From positions 8,380,698 through 8,444,697 of the forward strand of contig OZ037765.1 in the NCBI GenBank assembly GCA_964035545.1: a stretch of 64,000 nt of DNA, in the 5' to 3' direction. The translations under genes were made by a program, and so were the position numbers. Numbering within the stretch: the first letter of the stretch is position 1; every line of letters starts with the position of its first letter. Source of the DNA: Bugula neritina. Lineage: Eukaryota; Animalia; Bryozoa. Below, piece by piece: positions 50,601 through 64,000 of the stretch. The notes beneath the pieces are model-generated. The model saw only the letters and a program-made list of their open reading frames with translations, was not told the origin of the DNA and searched no databases.

Positions 50601-53600
50601 AATCTGTAATACACATGAATACTTCTTCTGTTATTTTAGTGAGTTATATTTGCAAACTCAGCTAAGCTGCTTTTGTATGTAAAGATAAAAAATGTTAATA
50701 AATCATCCAGCACTACTTTTGAAAGGCATCATAAGTAGGTTAACAGACTACAGTGCCAGTATGAGATGTCTAGTAGTGTATAGTCATTGGACCACTGCTT
50801 ACCAACATTGGCAGGAGGGAGGGGGATGTCATAGTCCCCAAACTTCAAAATACCAACAGTGTTGAACACAACTCCTCTAAGGACTGTATTGGAGAGATTC
50901 AAGGCAAGTGATTGGTCAGCTTCTGAGGCCATAACACGGCTGAAGACGTTCTGTGATATGTAGGCTATCTTGTTTTCCAGCATAAGTTGCTCATCCAGCT
51001 CGGAGAAGAGAGGAGAAATAGCTATCTGAACAGCTTCTATCATCTGCACCGAGCAGAATGGGTACCATTGAGAGAAGCCTACAAATATAGTAACACAAGT
51101 AAACAAATAGTAACATAAATAAATAAATAGTAACACAAATAAATAAATGGCACGCAAATAAGTAACTACAAGCTGTAAAATGTTCAAGTGGAAAATACAA
51201 ATTAGGCTGATTAAATTAGTTTGGAAATACAAAAAAAAAATCTGTTAACTTTTTACTAGTAATGCTAGAATAAAAATAGTTTGAAACAATCTAATTGTGT
51301 GAAAGTAGTAAATTACCTGCAGTCCCTACTATCTGCCTGCTGCTGAAGAGACCGTGGACTATTGCTATAGCAAAAGTGAAAACTTTGATGGACTGCAGCT
51401 GTTCACCAACTTTCAACCACAGTTTTTCAGGTAACAGTTTCATTGAAGAGACAATTCCTGGAAGCAATTATAACAATTATTATTGCGCAGTATGTTGATA
51501 CTGGAGTTTCCACTAGAGTGGCAGAATTTCTGACCGAAGACAAAATACCATGTTATTTATTGCAAATACTGACATGATTTATTTTAATATATAAAACTAT
51601 AAAAATCAAGTGTTGGTAAATGAAAATAAAGAGCTGAGAGAGGTTTTGGATACAATTCAACGTAGCACGGCAACTATATGTTACAAACCAAAAAATTGTT
51701 TATACTAACCATGCTAATTTCAAGGTAAAAATTTAAAAACTTGCACACTTCAAATGTCTGTGTGACTAATCCTACCTCTATTCAAAGAATCTGTGAAAAG
51801 AGCTAAAGGTGCTGACGATGCTTTCAGTTCTCCATCACCAAAGAACTCCTTGGTTACATAATGCCAGGATATAGAAACTACAGATTCTAACAGATTTCCT
51901 GGTAAAGCTTCAAATGGTTCACTTGTAATCCAAATAGTGAGCTGAGGCACTGGTTCCTCAGTATCTAGAGAAGTTCAACATACATACATGATATACTTTG
52001 CACATGAGGTTATAACAACCACAGAGCTCTGGGCTACGTACCTGGTTAAATGTTAAATTAATTGAGAATATATCAAATAAACAGCAAAAAGTGTGACCCT
52101 TTATTTGCATTTCTAAATAATTTTCAAGTTTGAACAAAATTTAAATTGTAAGGATAAAAATAGATATGAACTCAAACTAATTATAGACCAACATTTTTAA
52201 GGATGGCTCATAACTGTGCCACTAACTTATCAAATGTCAGTTTCTCACCTTTTATGTAACTCCAGTTTTGTAGAGAAGGCAAGACTGTCAAAATAAACAA
52301 GATATTATGATACCTTACTACTTTTATCAGTATACAATGCAATCATGTCCTTATTCTATAGAAAATTTAACTGATAAGCCACATGTATTGGAAGTCAACT
52401 AACAAGAGAGAGAGATAGTTGCATTGATAAAAGGCGGATGAACACGATCCCAATATAGAGTATGGTATATGTTATAAAAGTTAAAATATTCACATGTCAT
52501 GACATATCAAAAGCTGCTGTAATGAGAATAGGACTAAACTTATTGACAGTAAATACTGAAACCAACCTTTAGTTCTTACTGCAGTTTGCAGACGTTTGAG
52601 AATGACTTGAAGCACGGAGCTGGGAGCAAGATGGAGTTTGTCAATAAGAAACCAGCTTTCTGACTCAGTCTTGGCGGCCAAGTCCAGGAGATTATCTAAG
52701 TTGCTGGAGCAGCCATCAGCCATAGTGACATACGAGAACTCAATGTTACGGTTCTGTCAAAGAAAATTTGTAGTTTACTTTGTACAGCATAAGCAATGGG
52801 TAAGTTGCATCGTGAAGATTGTACTGGAGTGATTTATAGCACTAGAGGATCACCCTTGAGTGCTGTTCAGTAGTATTTATAGTCTCTTTTGATAAGAGCA
52901 TAATGCTTTGAGAAACATTATTTTGTTTACTGTGTTATATGATTGCGTTCTTGTAAAGTTTCACTATTCAATAGGCATATAAATAAAGAAACATATCTTG
53001 CATTGTTAAAGCACTATCATTAAGCAGAAAGGCTAAACAAGTTGAAAATCTTACTGGTGTAAGCAAACACAATCACAGAATTGCAGAATCGCATGCTTCT
53101 TACCTTAGCAGCTTCTGAGAGAAGAGCGACAAAGTCTAGGTCTATCTTTGCAGTGGAATGAGTGTATGTGTTGGCCGTAGGTAAAAGAATCATGGTAGCC
53201 AAGTTATGCGTGCTGACGTATGCTTTAACCTGGTCATAGGCTACAGGCTGAGTGGCTTCTGCGGGCATGTGTTTGTCTAGATAGTCACTGAGGGCGTAGT
53301 GCAGACGGTCAGGTCTCAGCATACGCATCACCAGCAGCTTGTGGAACTCAGACATCTCTTCAGCCTTCTGTCCAGATTTTTCTGCCGACTCATCTTGTAC
53401 ATCTTCTCCAGACTTTTCTGCTGTTGGATCTTCATTTTTAGACTTAGGTGACTCTGGAAGCAATTCATAAAATTGAGAACCCAAATCAATTTTACATAAA
53501 ATTTGATATTAAGAAAAAGATGCAAAGCAAAAGGCAAAAGTTAAACATTATAAGTACACAGTACAAGTGTTTAAACAAACTCAACAATTTAGGCAATCAA

Positions 53601-56600
53601 GTGTATGCACTACCTCCAGCTTCTGAGGACTCCGTTTGGTTATCATCTGTCTGGGACTGATCACTGATCATCTCCCTCTCCGGAAGTGAGCTGTTGTACC
53701 ATTTCTCCCAGGCAGCACTGTTCTCAGCTATCCGTACACACAGATTGTCTAGAGGGCCCGGCAGCACAGATATGGCCATGATGTTTTCCCACCTGTCCTT
53801 TGGCAGCCATTCTGGTGCCTTAGCATCGGAACCAAAGTCTTCCAGACTCAATGAGAGTCCGAGTCCAGGATTCCCTGAAACATGACACATAGAACACACA
53901 GGGTTATAGCTAAATAAAGTCAGGTCCATAAACTATGATGAGAAAACCAACAATCTCCAGGCAAATTAAGCAAATAGCTTAAGGTAAGTGAAGTAATGCC
54001 TATAATAGAGAATCATTTGTATTATGAAAAATATTTTTACAAAAGAAAATATATATTAAAAAAAACTATTTTATTAGTGCACATAAATAAGAATTGAACC
54101 GAGTATTAGAATGAAATTAGTTCAATTTTATATGTACTAGAACCAAAATTTGATTAAAAGCAGTTTTTAGAAAAGACAATTTTTTGTTTGCAATTAAGAA
54201 AAGAGGTATACTGAATAATATGCATAGCATACTTAAATAAAGAAATACAATTCAAACGTGGGTAAGAGATTAACCTTGGGTAAGGAGAGATAACTCTTCA
54301 TCATTAAAGAAATTTTCTGAGTCTTTCTGTATGGAGAGACACATGAGAGCTTTGAACAAGAGCTGGTGGTCACCATCCAGACTGAGGCGGGTGTACTTCA
54401 TGACAGTGTCGGTGAGCTGGTCAACCAGTACTTTGGTTTGATTTGCCTGCAATGGACTGTAATCCAAACCCGAGGATGGAAAGTTTGGAAGATTTTCTAA
54501 AACCTGCAGAGACATAAAATAATGTAATGAACACAAGTTGAAAGATAAAGTTCGACAATTTTCATAAAGATAAAGTATAAAAAACTTATCCAGCCAATAT
54601 TAAAAGACAATGTTAAGTACTTTTATTAAAACTTTCAAACATAAAAAATTCTTGAAAAAACATCAACAAAACACTTTTTAAAGACATAGTGTTCAAACTT
54701 ATACATATTGTAAGGCTGTAGTCATCAAAAAGTTTCATTTTATTAGAATAACTTACCTGTACAAAAGGTGAGATATCATGATCACCAGGCTTGGCATCAG
54801 AGACGGGAGATTGTGAGTGAGGTGCGGCATCACCGGTGGCATCTTCCCCTTCAAAGTCATCATTGTACTCTCCAGCAGTGGCTTCACTCTCTTCAGCAGT
54901 CGTATTACCTTGATCTGAAGACATCTTAGTTCGATCTCGGGAGTGAGATTTAATTGACTCACTTTTCGCAGGTTTTGCTTTTTGATCATCGAGCAAATCC
55001 TGTTCATCTATTTCCTGCAATTTACAAATTGGTAAATTCACCACAAAATAAGTAAACGGAATAACAATTGGAAATAAACTGACATCATTAATTACAATAG
55101 GATATCAAATTCATACACTACAATCTCAATGCTAGCACTACTCAGTACTAACTAGAATTTAGTTAGCTGGAAGTTGCTAGAAACCACATCACCGACTACT
55201 GACTGAAGAAGATATATTTGATTTAGTATATTTTTCTTTCTAGCATTCTACAAATTCTACAATTTTGCTATAAATACTATAAGCTACTCTACTGCATGTA
55301 CTGTCGGCTACAAAGTACTACAAGACTGAGAGAGAGAGGGAGCAGTTACCCATTCTTCCTCATTTTCAAAGTCAGACTCATAATAAAAACTTTCCGTCTG
55401 GCAACAGATACAAGCACCAACTTTCCGAAAGAACCAAATAAACATGTATCATATATGCTCCGTATATTATAGACAACTGTCAAAACTTAAATATGCTTAT
55501 TGAAATATGCTGGACATTAGTTATCTTGGCTGACTTTTCAAGTAGGCTTTCAGTCAGCATGTGCTATGAAAATCTCAAATGTTATCTTCCAGTGATTAGT
55601 TCAGTCGCAATAGTGAAATACACTTGCTACAGCATGGCAAGTTAAAAAGCTTCTATAATAAACATATATTTAGAATAATTCAATAAATAATATTTTTTTG
55701 TTCTGAACATAGTAGACAGAGCAGGATGTTAACAAACTAAAAGTAGGTCAAACTCAGAAATTCAGAGGTTTTGACGATGCCGATATGTGAATATCTTAAG
55801 TTTACATTTCCCAAAGCCAAGCTCGGTTACACAAGGAAAAACCAATGCCATCATAATACCTCCTGATCTTCTTCTGTTTCAATGAAAACATCTGGAGGGG
55901 GGTCATCACCGACAGCCTCATAGTACATCTGTAAGAACTGAGGCAACTTGAACTGATAGTGAGAGCTGACAGAGCTGAGGGATCTCAACACAGTGTACAG
56001 CAGAGCCCCTCGCTTAGCAACAGGCAGCAACTCATCCTGTAACGTCTGCAACTTCCGCAACAACTCGACGTTCTCTTTCAGCTTCGTAGCCACCTGTTGT
56101 ATGCCATGAGAAATCATATTACTGGAATATTTTAAAAATGATGTATGCTTATTACTAAATATTAAACTTATTCATATGCAAATTTGAAGGTAAAATAAAA
56201 AACAACCATGATTTTATTGGTTTAAGTTTCATTTCAATATATCAAGTTTGATATACTGAAATGACTGGTGTATGCTGGGCAAAAACTGCCAGAGTGTAAT
56301 AAATACTTGTTTTAATCTGGTAAAGCATTAACAGTTATCGTGATAAAATCATGCAAATAAAAATTATGTTATTTCAAATTTTTATGTCCTGCATGCCACT
56401 TATATGAATCAATCAAATCTATCAATAACTTATTAAGTAGCTAATTGATTCAATGATTGCATCAGCTACTAATTCATTGGCTGATGATAAAATATTACCA
56501 ATTCTTTAATTTGAAAAATAAACAAAACTGCTATGTGCTAGTAATGTTTACAAACACAGCTGTGCAAGCTCAAGCATCTTATAATGTAATACAAAATCTA

Positions 56601-59600
56601 CCAAATAATATTCAACTGTCAACGCAACGTATAATACTAAAAATATAAGCAAGATAATCAGTATGCAGTGATGCGACTCTCTGTACCATAACTCATATGT
56701 GATTCAGTTGAGTGAAAAGTTAACTGGTGAGTTTACCCTGACAAGAGTGACTCGCGCTGACTTAATCATACTAGTGATGCCGTCACCATTGTCGAGTACC
56801 TTATTCACTGTCATCATGAACAGCTGTTCACGAGTTAACAGCTGATAAGGTAAAACTATCTTTGGCTTACGTTGCTGTAACAATTACTCCGTGGTTATTA
56901 TAACAGAGAGATGGAATATTTTCAAACACAGTGGGGCACCTTTTTAAAAAAAATTGATAAAAACTACGCTTAAGTAAACTATAAGCGACTGCTAGGAATA
57001 ATATGGTAGTCAACTGCTTATAAGGTACTCCTATCATACATTATATTATAGAACATTTATATTTGTTGCACTCTGCTCCCGTCACAAGCAGTGGTATGAA
57101 GACTTACTTCTTCCTTCATTTTCATTCCTTCTTCTATGATTTTCACATCATCCTCATTCCAGATCTTACCGCCAGACACCTCCTTCATGTCCCGTCTAGC
57201 GTACTCGATGATCTGATTCATCAACTCCTTCAGAGTATGGATGTTTCTCAACACTAACAGCTTCTCTTTGAACAAGTCCGGGCGAACTCTAAAGAATAAA
57301 GCATTTGTTCAGCATTAAAAGAAAAACCCAACATCTCCCTATATTTAGAAATACAATTCACTTACAGAAAATATGATAAACGATAGTGTATTTGGTAACA
57401 TTGCTAGGACATCACAAACAAAACTAGGTTATAGTGAAACTAATAAACTCACCAACTAGAATAAACAATAATTTCAAAGTTCACACCTACACTGCAACTA
57501 TCTAGTTGTTGGTAAAAGCGTTAACTAACCTAGCAAATGCCCTTTTCAGTAGTTTGTCACTCAAAGTGTCCAGGTCATTGCAGTAGTTGACCATAGTAGA
57601 TAGAGAAGACAACACTGGGCTCAGAGGAGGCTTAGCTGCGGATGTTGCTAAGTACAGCTTCAACTTAGGGTGGCATAGCAACCGCCTTCCACAATACGAT
57701 ATCATTTTAGGAGCTCCTATTAAAAAACAAACATTTTATAAAAAATATCAATGAATAAAAGCAGCTGATGAAATGCTTAGAAAATTCACTATTAGACTAC
57801 AATTTTTAAATTATAATAGAAAAGAAAACTAATGGAAAAATTGATAAAATAAAAATGAAAATTTTCAGCAATTATGATTTCAAAATTGCTGCAACAGCTT
57901 TTAAAAATATGAAATCAATAATAAATCCAATAAGAATATGTGGCATATATTAAAGGATGCACAAGAAAACATGCTCATGAACTGATATGACAGCTGAAAT
58001 CTATGTTATTCAATGGTCATACCTGTTTGGAAATGCTCTTCTGTCAGCGTGTTGTAGTGATAGATTAGAGGCATAACCAAATTGTTTAACCCTTCCTTCA
58101 GCCCAGAGACCAGAGCTGGCCTACCATGAGTAATTGCCTTCTCTAACGCCATGATTCCAGACTGGTCCACTCTAAGAAAATTCATAATAAAAATATTATG
58201 ATTATGAATTTTTTTCAAAACTCTTGCTGTGCTGTAGCATACGTAGGCATTTCAACTGGAGAAATAAGTTTGATACGCTCTACATACAGAAAACTCACAG
58301 TTTATCACCTTTACTACGTATTTAGTATAACAATACTTTAAAAACAAACATTACAAATATGTTTTCGGTAACTTACACGTTGTCTTTGACAATGATGAGA
58401 CTTTTCCGAAGGACAGATTTCGAGTACTCAGAGATGAAATGGTTTCCTTCCTCGTAAGGATCGATGACAAGAGCTGGTCTTTGCCATGCAGAAGCAATTA
58501 TAGCAGCATTCTCCATTTGGCGAACATCAAAATCTAGAAAAAGAGCGTAGCTCTTAGACATACACCAACTAGCTGAGAAAACAACCAGAAAAATATCAAA
58601 CTGAGCTTTTTGGGTTAATACGTTGAAGTATAACATAAAATATATAACAATTCTGCCAGGTATCAAGCTGTTTTCTCACCTTTCTTAATCCATCTGAGTT
58701 GAAGTTGCTCCCCAACTAGCAGGCGCACCAGACTGCTAATGTAAGTCTTGTACTCCGCTTTGGTTACCACAGCAGAAACGGTTACAGGCTCGTCAAACAT
58801 AGCGTCAGGTGGAGGCATCTCAGACTCTGACTTTAGAGACTTTCCTGGCTCTGTGTTCTGATCCTCTTCACCCACCTAAATCCAGAAACAAACAAGTAAA
58901 ATACGTACAAGTAGTGTCTATAATGAGCTTTACATAAATTTGAAATAATGAATTATTTGAATATTCAGGCAATAGAAAACAAATTAAAACAAAGGAAACC
59001 AATATGTGAGCAACTGATAGAAGTGGAGACCTCGTGCAATGGTTCTAAAGGTTGGCCATCTTTCTGTCGAGTGGGAGGTGCAGACCTCTCAGTATTATCA
59101 CCAGCTACAGTGGGCACTGGCTCATCTGCCATGGTACTTTCTTCAGGCAGAGTTGTCTCCTCTTCTTCTTCCTCCTCAGCGGAATATTCTTCATCTTCCA
59201 AGCTCTCTCCATCCTTCATTGTGCACAACAGATATGCTTTGTAAAACTCACACAAAAGAGCAAACATAAATGTGCTAACTGGTGTACAAAGATAAGTAAA
59301 CCATAAGCTGCAGTGTATGACATCAAAAAGTGCTCATCAAGCTAACTATGAGTGCATGAAATTTTTAAAACAAATTGTTTATATTTGCGGTGCCATAAAA
59401 CATAGTATTATGAATAAAAAGTGTGAGTTCTACATATTAAAAAGGAGACTAGCATTTCAAGGTAACAATAGTATACGCACTGCATCTGAAATGGCTCCAT
59501 CTCTTTTTCTACCAACTTTCTGCGCACCCTTCGGTGTAAGAGGTAACCTCTCGTCTAAGTTGTCCATGTCTGGAGCTAAGCCTTCTAATGCAAAGTCAAC

Positions 59601-62600
59601 TACACGACCACGGATGTGATCAACCTAAAAAATATAAAAAAAATAAAATATATACATTTTCTAAATATTTACACTTATAGACTCATAAATTGTACTAAAA
59701 GTTATGCGCAGCTATGACAGGTTTGACTATGTTTTCTATATTAGAGTTATGTCTCTTGGTTTGAAAAACTAGTTAACTATTTCTTGTGAAAACTACTAAT
59801 GATTTCTAGAATAGTGATTTTTCTAAAACTATCAAACTTCATTTGTATTCGTATTAAACATAATCTAAAACTAAAATCAACCAATAAAAACTGCAAGTAT
59901 TGAATAATAAATTCTTTATTTCAATCAATTATTGACCAGGCCCAAGACCTTGTTTGGAAAACACAGAATGCTGTACTTTTGAAGTAGTTTTGAGTGAAAA
60001 AGTGAAATTCAAACCTTTCAAAAATATTCTTTTAGTAATGTAAATACAGCATAAAACTTTAATAGTCGAAGCCTCTAAGAGTAGGTAAGCATAGCTTGCA
60101 TGTACTAAGCAAATAATAAACTGACCTGATTATTTCCTTATCAAAAAAGCATCTCTCTTTTACAAAAAAAAACTTGGCAATGTGATCTTTTAATTCCCCC
60201 CCAGTTGATTAAAAAATCCAAGTAATTTATGCAGTCTAAAAATATAAAATGCATTCTATGCATGGTTTTCTAATAATTACGACTACTCTCCAACTACCAC
60301 AGAGTTTCACTAGATGTAAAATAAACTTGAATACTGTTCTTTTTCTTTAAAAGTAGAATATATAAATCTAATGTAATAATGCATTGTCACAACACATGTA
60401 TACTACATATCAGATCAGAAGAGCATTGTTTTACTGACTCACAGTATCAATAACAAGGGGGACACCACGCTCCCGGAGGCAGTGCGGCCACTGTACTGTC
60501 AGCATCATCCGTCTGAAATTATGGCTGTATGCGCCGAGGTAGGTGCAGAAGGCAGCTGCCATTGCCACTGCTCCGTTGACACACACAAGTCTTGTTTGGA
60601 GTGACTTATGCACTTGTTCTGCTCTCAAAGTTTCATTCTCTAAAGCCTGTCAACATTACGTAAACTGTGAAATATCAAAAGCAGTTATTAATACATTGGA
60701 GTTGCTGGCAACTTTAAGGAGCAGCCATGGCCAAGTGGCTGGAACACAGGCTAAGTTTGGCAGAGGTCATGGGTGATGTCAGGAAGAGTATTCAATCATA
60801 ATTGCCCCTAAAAGCCCTCAAACCATAATACCAGCATGGCAAGAAGCACAGTCTATAGCCTGCTAAAAATTTGTGCAATCACTAGAATGAAGACTTTAAA
60901 CTAAGGTGAGTGTGCAATTTCAACATAGGTGAAGTTTCTTGTAAACTTTTGAGCAAACTTTACTTTAATTTTGGCTGCTTGATTTCTCAGAATGTAGTAG
61001 AGAGCACAAACATGAACTAAAAATATGAAATGCAAACCAACCTGTCTAAGGTTAGCTGCAGTGTTGAGCATTCTGTCCATCTTGATAGTTTTCTCCTCCT
61101 GGTCATTTTTATCAATAGTGGCATCTTCAAAACCTTTAGCCAAATCTTTAAGCCTAACTTCTAGTGCTTTTCTTTTAGAGTCCAGAGTAGCCATCTTGTG
61201 CTCAGCATTGTCAACTGCAGACGTAGTGGAGACAACTTTGTCATGGAGAGGCTTTACTTTGGATATCATCATTCTATGATACCTGTAAGAAACAAGCGAA
61301 TAACAACACTCCCTTAGTTTTAAACTTGAACTTGGTAATTTTATTATTCATATTTAGATCAAATGCTTTTAGAAGTAAAAAGCATATTTTGAAATCAATT
61401 TAAACAAACTAAAATTTTATTTTAAATAGTAACAAAAACACTCAGGCATATTTTTCATGTTACGGCAACAGAATTTAAAAAGCAGCACTTTTAGCACAAA
61501 AACTGTTTGAATGGTTCACATAAAAATTTTGCAATAAAATAACTACAGCAAAACTCGTAAACCTACTTTACAACTCCATGCACCCATTTACAAAGGCCAT
61601 GGCACGCTGCGTTACTAGACTTCTTTTCCAAAGCCACAGGGTCAAATGATGCCTTTTTCAGATAAGGTTCAACGAGAACTAGTGTGGACTCGGCCATCTG
61701 CTGATCATCAAATGTGTTCAACTCCTCAATAAATCTGCAATATCGTATTTTATGATTTAACTATTCAATACAACTACTAAAATTATAAAAATATTTACAA
61801 ATACATAAAAAAAAATTAAATAATGTAAAATTTTAAAGTGTTTATTAAAAGGATTGCATAATAATGTTAGGATTGCAAGTAAAATTGGCTTTAATCTATA
61901 GTAATAATTTGCAACATTTAAACAATATATATTATAATTTACAAAGTCAAATGCGGAATGTATAATCTATTTGATCATATTGTTTAATTTTCCGTGATAT
62001 TTCTGTCAAAAAGAGACTTCAAACATTGAAGAATAAGTAGTGAATTGTTTTCAAGAGATGTAAGAAAACTTTCTAGGTTTGAGTCAAGTTACAAATTATA
62101 CATCTATGTGGATCTGCGTATTCTGGCTGTACCTTTCTAAGTTTGCCATTTGTCTCTTGGCACCTTTTTGCCAAGTGAGATCTGCGGTGGGAGATTTCAG
62201 AATCATAATAATGGCGGCCATCAAATCCTCAACTTCAATGATAGGCTTTTGCATAGCTCTGAGCTCCTGCAAGCTCTCCATGGTCATAGAGTCCACTATC
62301 TTTTTGGTATCAATAGCTAGGGCACTGGCTTTGAATACAGCCCTCTCATGCGCAACCTGGTTGTGAACATAAACTGTCAGATAAATTGCCCCAAAAAATC
62401 ATGTCAAATAAAAGACAGCATAGAATGGGCAGCTATTAACAATTTTGCAAAGTAATAGACTTACCTGGTATTCTGGCAGCAGTTTTTTCAATTTCTTGAT
62501 TTTCTCCAGTTGCTGCTTGACAATTTTGACCTGCTGTTCAGTTATCGCTGTATCTTGACCAATCTGAGCCAAAATCTTGGATGTTCCCTAAAAGAACAAC

Positions 62601-63710
62601 TGGCAGTTTAAAAATCATATAACTATACATAGCATTAGACTAGCAAAACAATAAATAGAAATTGACTGCAGAAAATGCTGTACAGTCAATTAAAAAAAAT
62701 TAGGTAACTATTCGCTAAATAGGAGTTCCTTTTTTCTGTTTTAGTAAACAAAACATTTTTTTAAGTTCTTACAGCGATTCGTTCATCTAGTACAATCCTC
62801 TCGTGCTCCAGTTGCCTGTGTAGTCTCGCAGCCAAATCATTCTCCTTATAGATCTGATCTAATGCAGTGGTGATTGACTCGTGCTGAGCTATGATTTCAC
62901 TGTACCGTCTGTTGGCTAGTGATATATACCTAAAACACATTGATCTCTGCCTGTATAACTAACCCAGTTCAACACAATAACAATACTTTATTGATAAAGA
63001 TAGCAATAGCAGATTCAAAAATATTTGAAAAATTAAATGTTGACATCAAACCTCTCAATAAACTTTTCGTAGGTTGTATTTGTCAGGTTGTTATATGTTC
63101 CGGATGTTTCTTCTTTACCATCAGCTTGTCTGATAACCAGATGCATCGAAGCCAACATGTGTGCCATGTTCTCCTTTTGCAGTGCTGACATCCACTCAAT
63201 ATCTGATTACATGCAAAAGTAAATCACAAGTTCTGTAGTAACATTTCATCATTGGCACCAGAGAATATCAGCTGATATACCATAATATATATTTAGTAAT
63301 TTAGAAGTCGCTATTTTATATTAATTTGCAAAATAAATTTTTTTGGTTTGATACTCAGACAGACCAGTTTTATTTTCATTTTCGACCTCTTCAACAATTG
63401 TATAGATCACTAGTAGGTTTAATAAACAAGTGAATCTTTAGTTTGAAGTTTACTCCAACTCATGTAGACGGCAAACTAAAAATAGAAAATTGGAATGTAA
63501 TTCTGATTTTAGATTCCAAGTGCCAACTCGAGTAGCAGCATACCATTGATGTGGTAGTGAGCATGATCAACCAGCATGTTCTTGGACCAATGAGGTATCC
63601 AGGTGTAGTTGAGACAGGTAATGAGGGAAGGGAAATCTCGGCAGCGTTTCTGGAACTTCAATGAGCCTTCAGCCGATACTAGACAGATTCTGAAGTTGTT
63701 CTTTACAGTG
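44644..63710 (-). CDS. Highly divergent dynein heavy chain (end of AAA4, stalk, MTBD, AAA5, AAA6, C-terminal domain); 5' part lies beyond the window
   Basis: Exons: 63544-63710, 63052-63202, 62773-62929, 62465-62587, 62133-62356, 61567-61734, 61042-61282, 60443-60646, 59481-59624, 59031-59213, 58680-58875, 58377-58533, 58023-58171, 57530-57716, 57108-57288, 55860-56093, (55350-55397), 54757-55014, 54275-54503, 53614-53874, 53104-53453, 52567-52753, 51776-51964, 51317-51457, 50803-51078, 48774-48885, 48295-48595, 47460-47661, 47050-47264, 46280-46573, 45495-45588, 44644-45371. Motifs: CRDFPSL, LQELRAMQKP, AACHGLCKWV, KVKPL, AAAFCTYLG, ENAAII..RPALVIDP, PVAKRGALLY, LRPDRL, WLGGLFNP, YNCPIF. Subfamily (possibly DNHD1-like) not resolved. 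Confidence 0.93.
49074..49472 (+). CDS. Small intronless N-terminally anchored membrane protein (132 aa) nested antisense in a dynein intron
   Basis: atcATG start, TM WVIALVVVLVATIILVGVY, hydrophilic tail with LLPYDKL. Lies inside intron 48886-50802, preceded by palindromic ACCAATGATTGGT (48977-48989) and TATAAAA (49036-49042). Confidence 0.7.
   Translation: MSTAWVIALVVVLVATIILVGVYNISRNILKGCGPVLEREEQTTQVRFTPTNQRKPRNEDSEAQLLPEHGNVLAQSKTEINLEQENLRENFPTPSLTDKISLLTLLPYDKLKITSQLPAPSQLPAPVAVHSF
51080..51170. repeat. Short tandem repeat, about 20-nt unit (aaatagtaacacaaataaat) x3-4
   Basis: Seen directly, adjacent to the dynein splice acceptor at 51079-51080. Confidence 0.7.
56678..56910. mobile_element. 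Possible MITE
   Basis: Imperfect terminal inverted repeats ctctctgtaccataac ... gttattataacagagag around a GC-richer intronic block. Confidence 0.4.
60718..60860 (+). mobile_element. Degenerate SINE related to the 26643-26842 element
   Basis: Head ggagcagccatggccaagtgg and core ggtgatgtcaggaagagtattcaatcataattgc versus ggtgatgttaggaagagcatccagtcataattgc; B box missing. Confidence 0.7.
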
Positions 63711-64000
63711 CTACGAATAATGCGAAATACTTTATGTTTATGACATGCAAGAATTAAATACATCACTTAATTATTTATTAGTTTAAAAAACATTTGTGTT
63801 TTCCTATTAAGCTAAATGATTGATATACACTAAATTTCCAAGCTTCGGATTATGCGGATGACTTTTTCATTCGATGTTTGGAAACAGTTGCATTGCATGA
63901 AACCACAACCACGAATTTATCCGCACAAGCATCCATTCGCATAATGCAAAGTCATGGAAACACAGTAAAAACAGTTGGTGTGGATAATGATACAGTAACA

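Noticed and set aside
50403-50603. Two AG...GT-bounded segments as extra dynein exons
   Set aside because: Both contain stops in the required phase 1, and the flanking exons already join in frame.
58948-63188. Numerous plus-strand ORFs of 76-100 aa
   Set aside because: Antisense shadows of dynein exons, as are the minus-strand ORFs 19670-19867 and 20276-20458 over TFAP2.
63825-64000. Possible MITE (ttcggattatgcgga ... tcgcataatgcaaag)
   Set aside because: The inverted match is short and imperfect and sits at the window edge, so termini cannot be defined.

Overview
AT-rich, intron-containing animal (invertebrate-like) genomic DNA; the species cannot be determined from the sequence. Gene models were built by hand from GT/AG boundaries and exon phase. 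In order: (1) first coding exon of an MRPL15-like mitochondrial ribosomal protein on - (missed by the ORF track); (2) a complete AP-2/TFAP2 gene on + with two candidate alternative first exons and AP-2 consensus sites in its own introns; (3) a 12-exon TUT1/Star-PAP-like terminal nucleotidyltransferase on +; (4) a signal peptide-EGF-EGF-TM gene on - with an apparent 2-nt frameshift; (5) two intronless small single-pass membrane protein paralogues carrying PPPY and paired Yxx-phi motifs, in a locally duplicated and inverted region; (6) the 3' part (about 32 exons) of a highly divergent dynein heavy chain on -, with a third small membrane-protein ORF nested antisense in one intron. Mobile DNA includes tRNA-derived SINEs, a foldback element and MITE-like palindromes. 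The best novelty candidates are the fast-evolving small PY/tyrosine-motif membrane adaptor family and about 1.1 kb TAA/TAG/TAC-periodic tracts just downstream of the 5' ends of both housekeeping genes.
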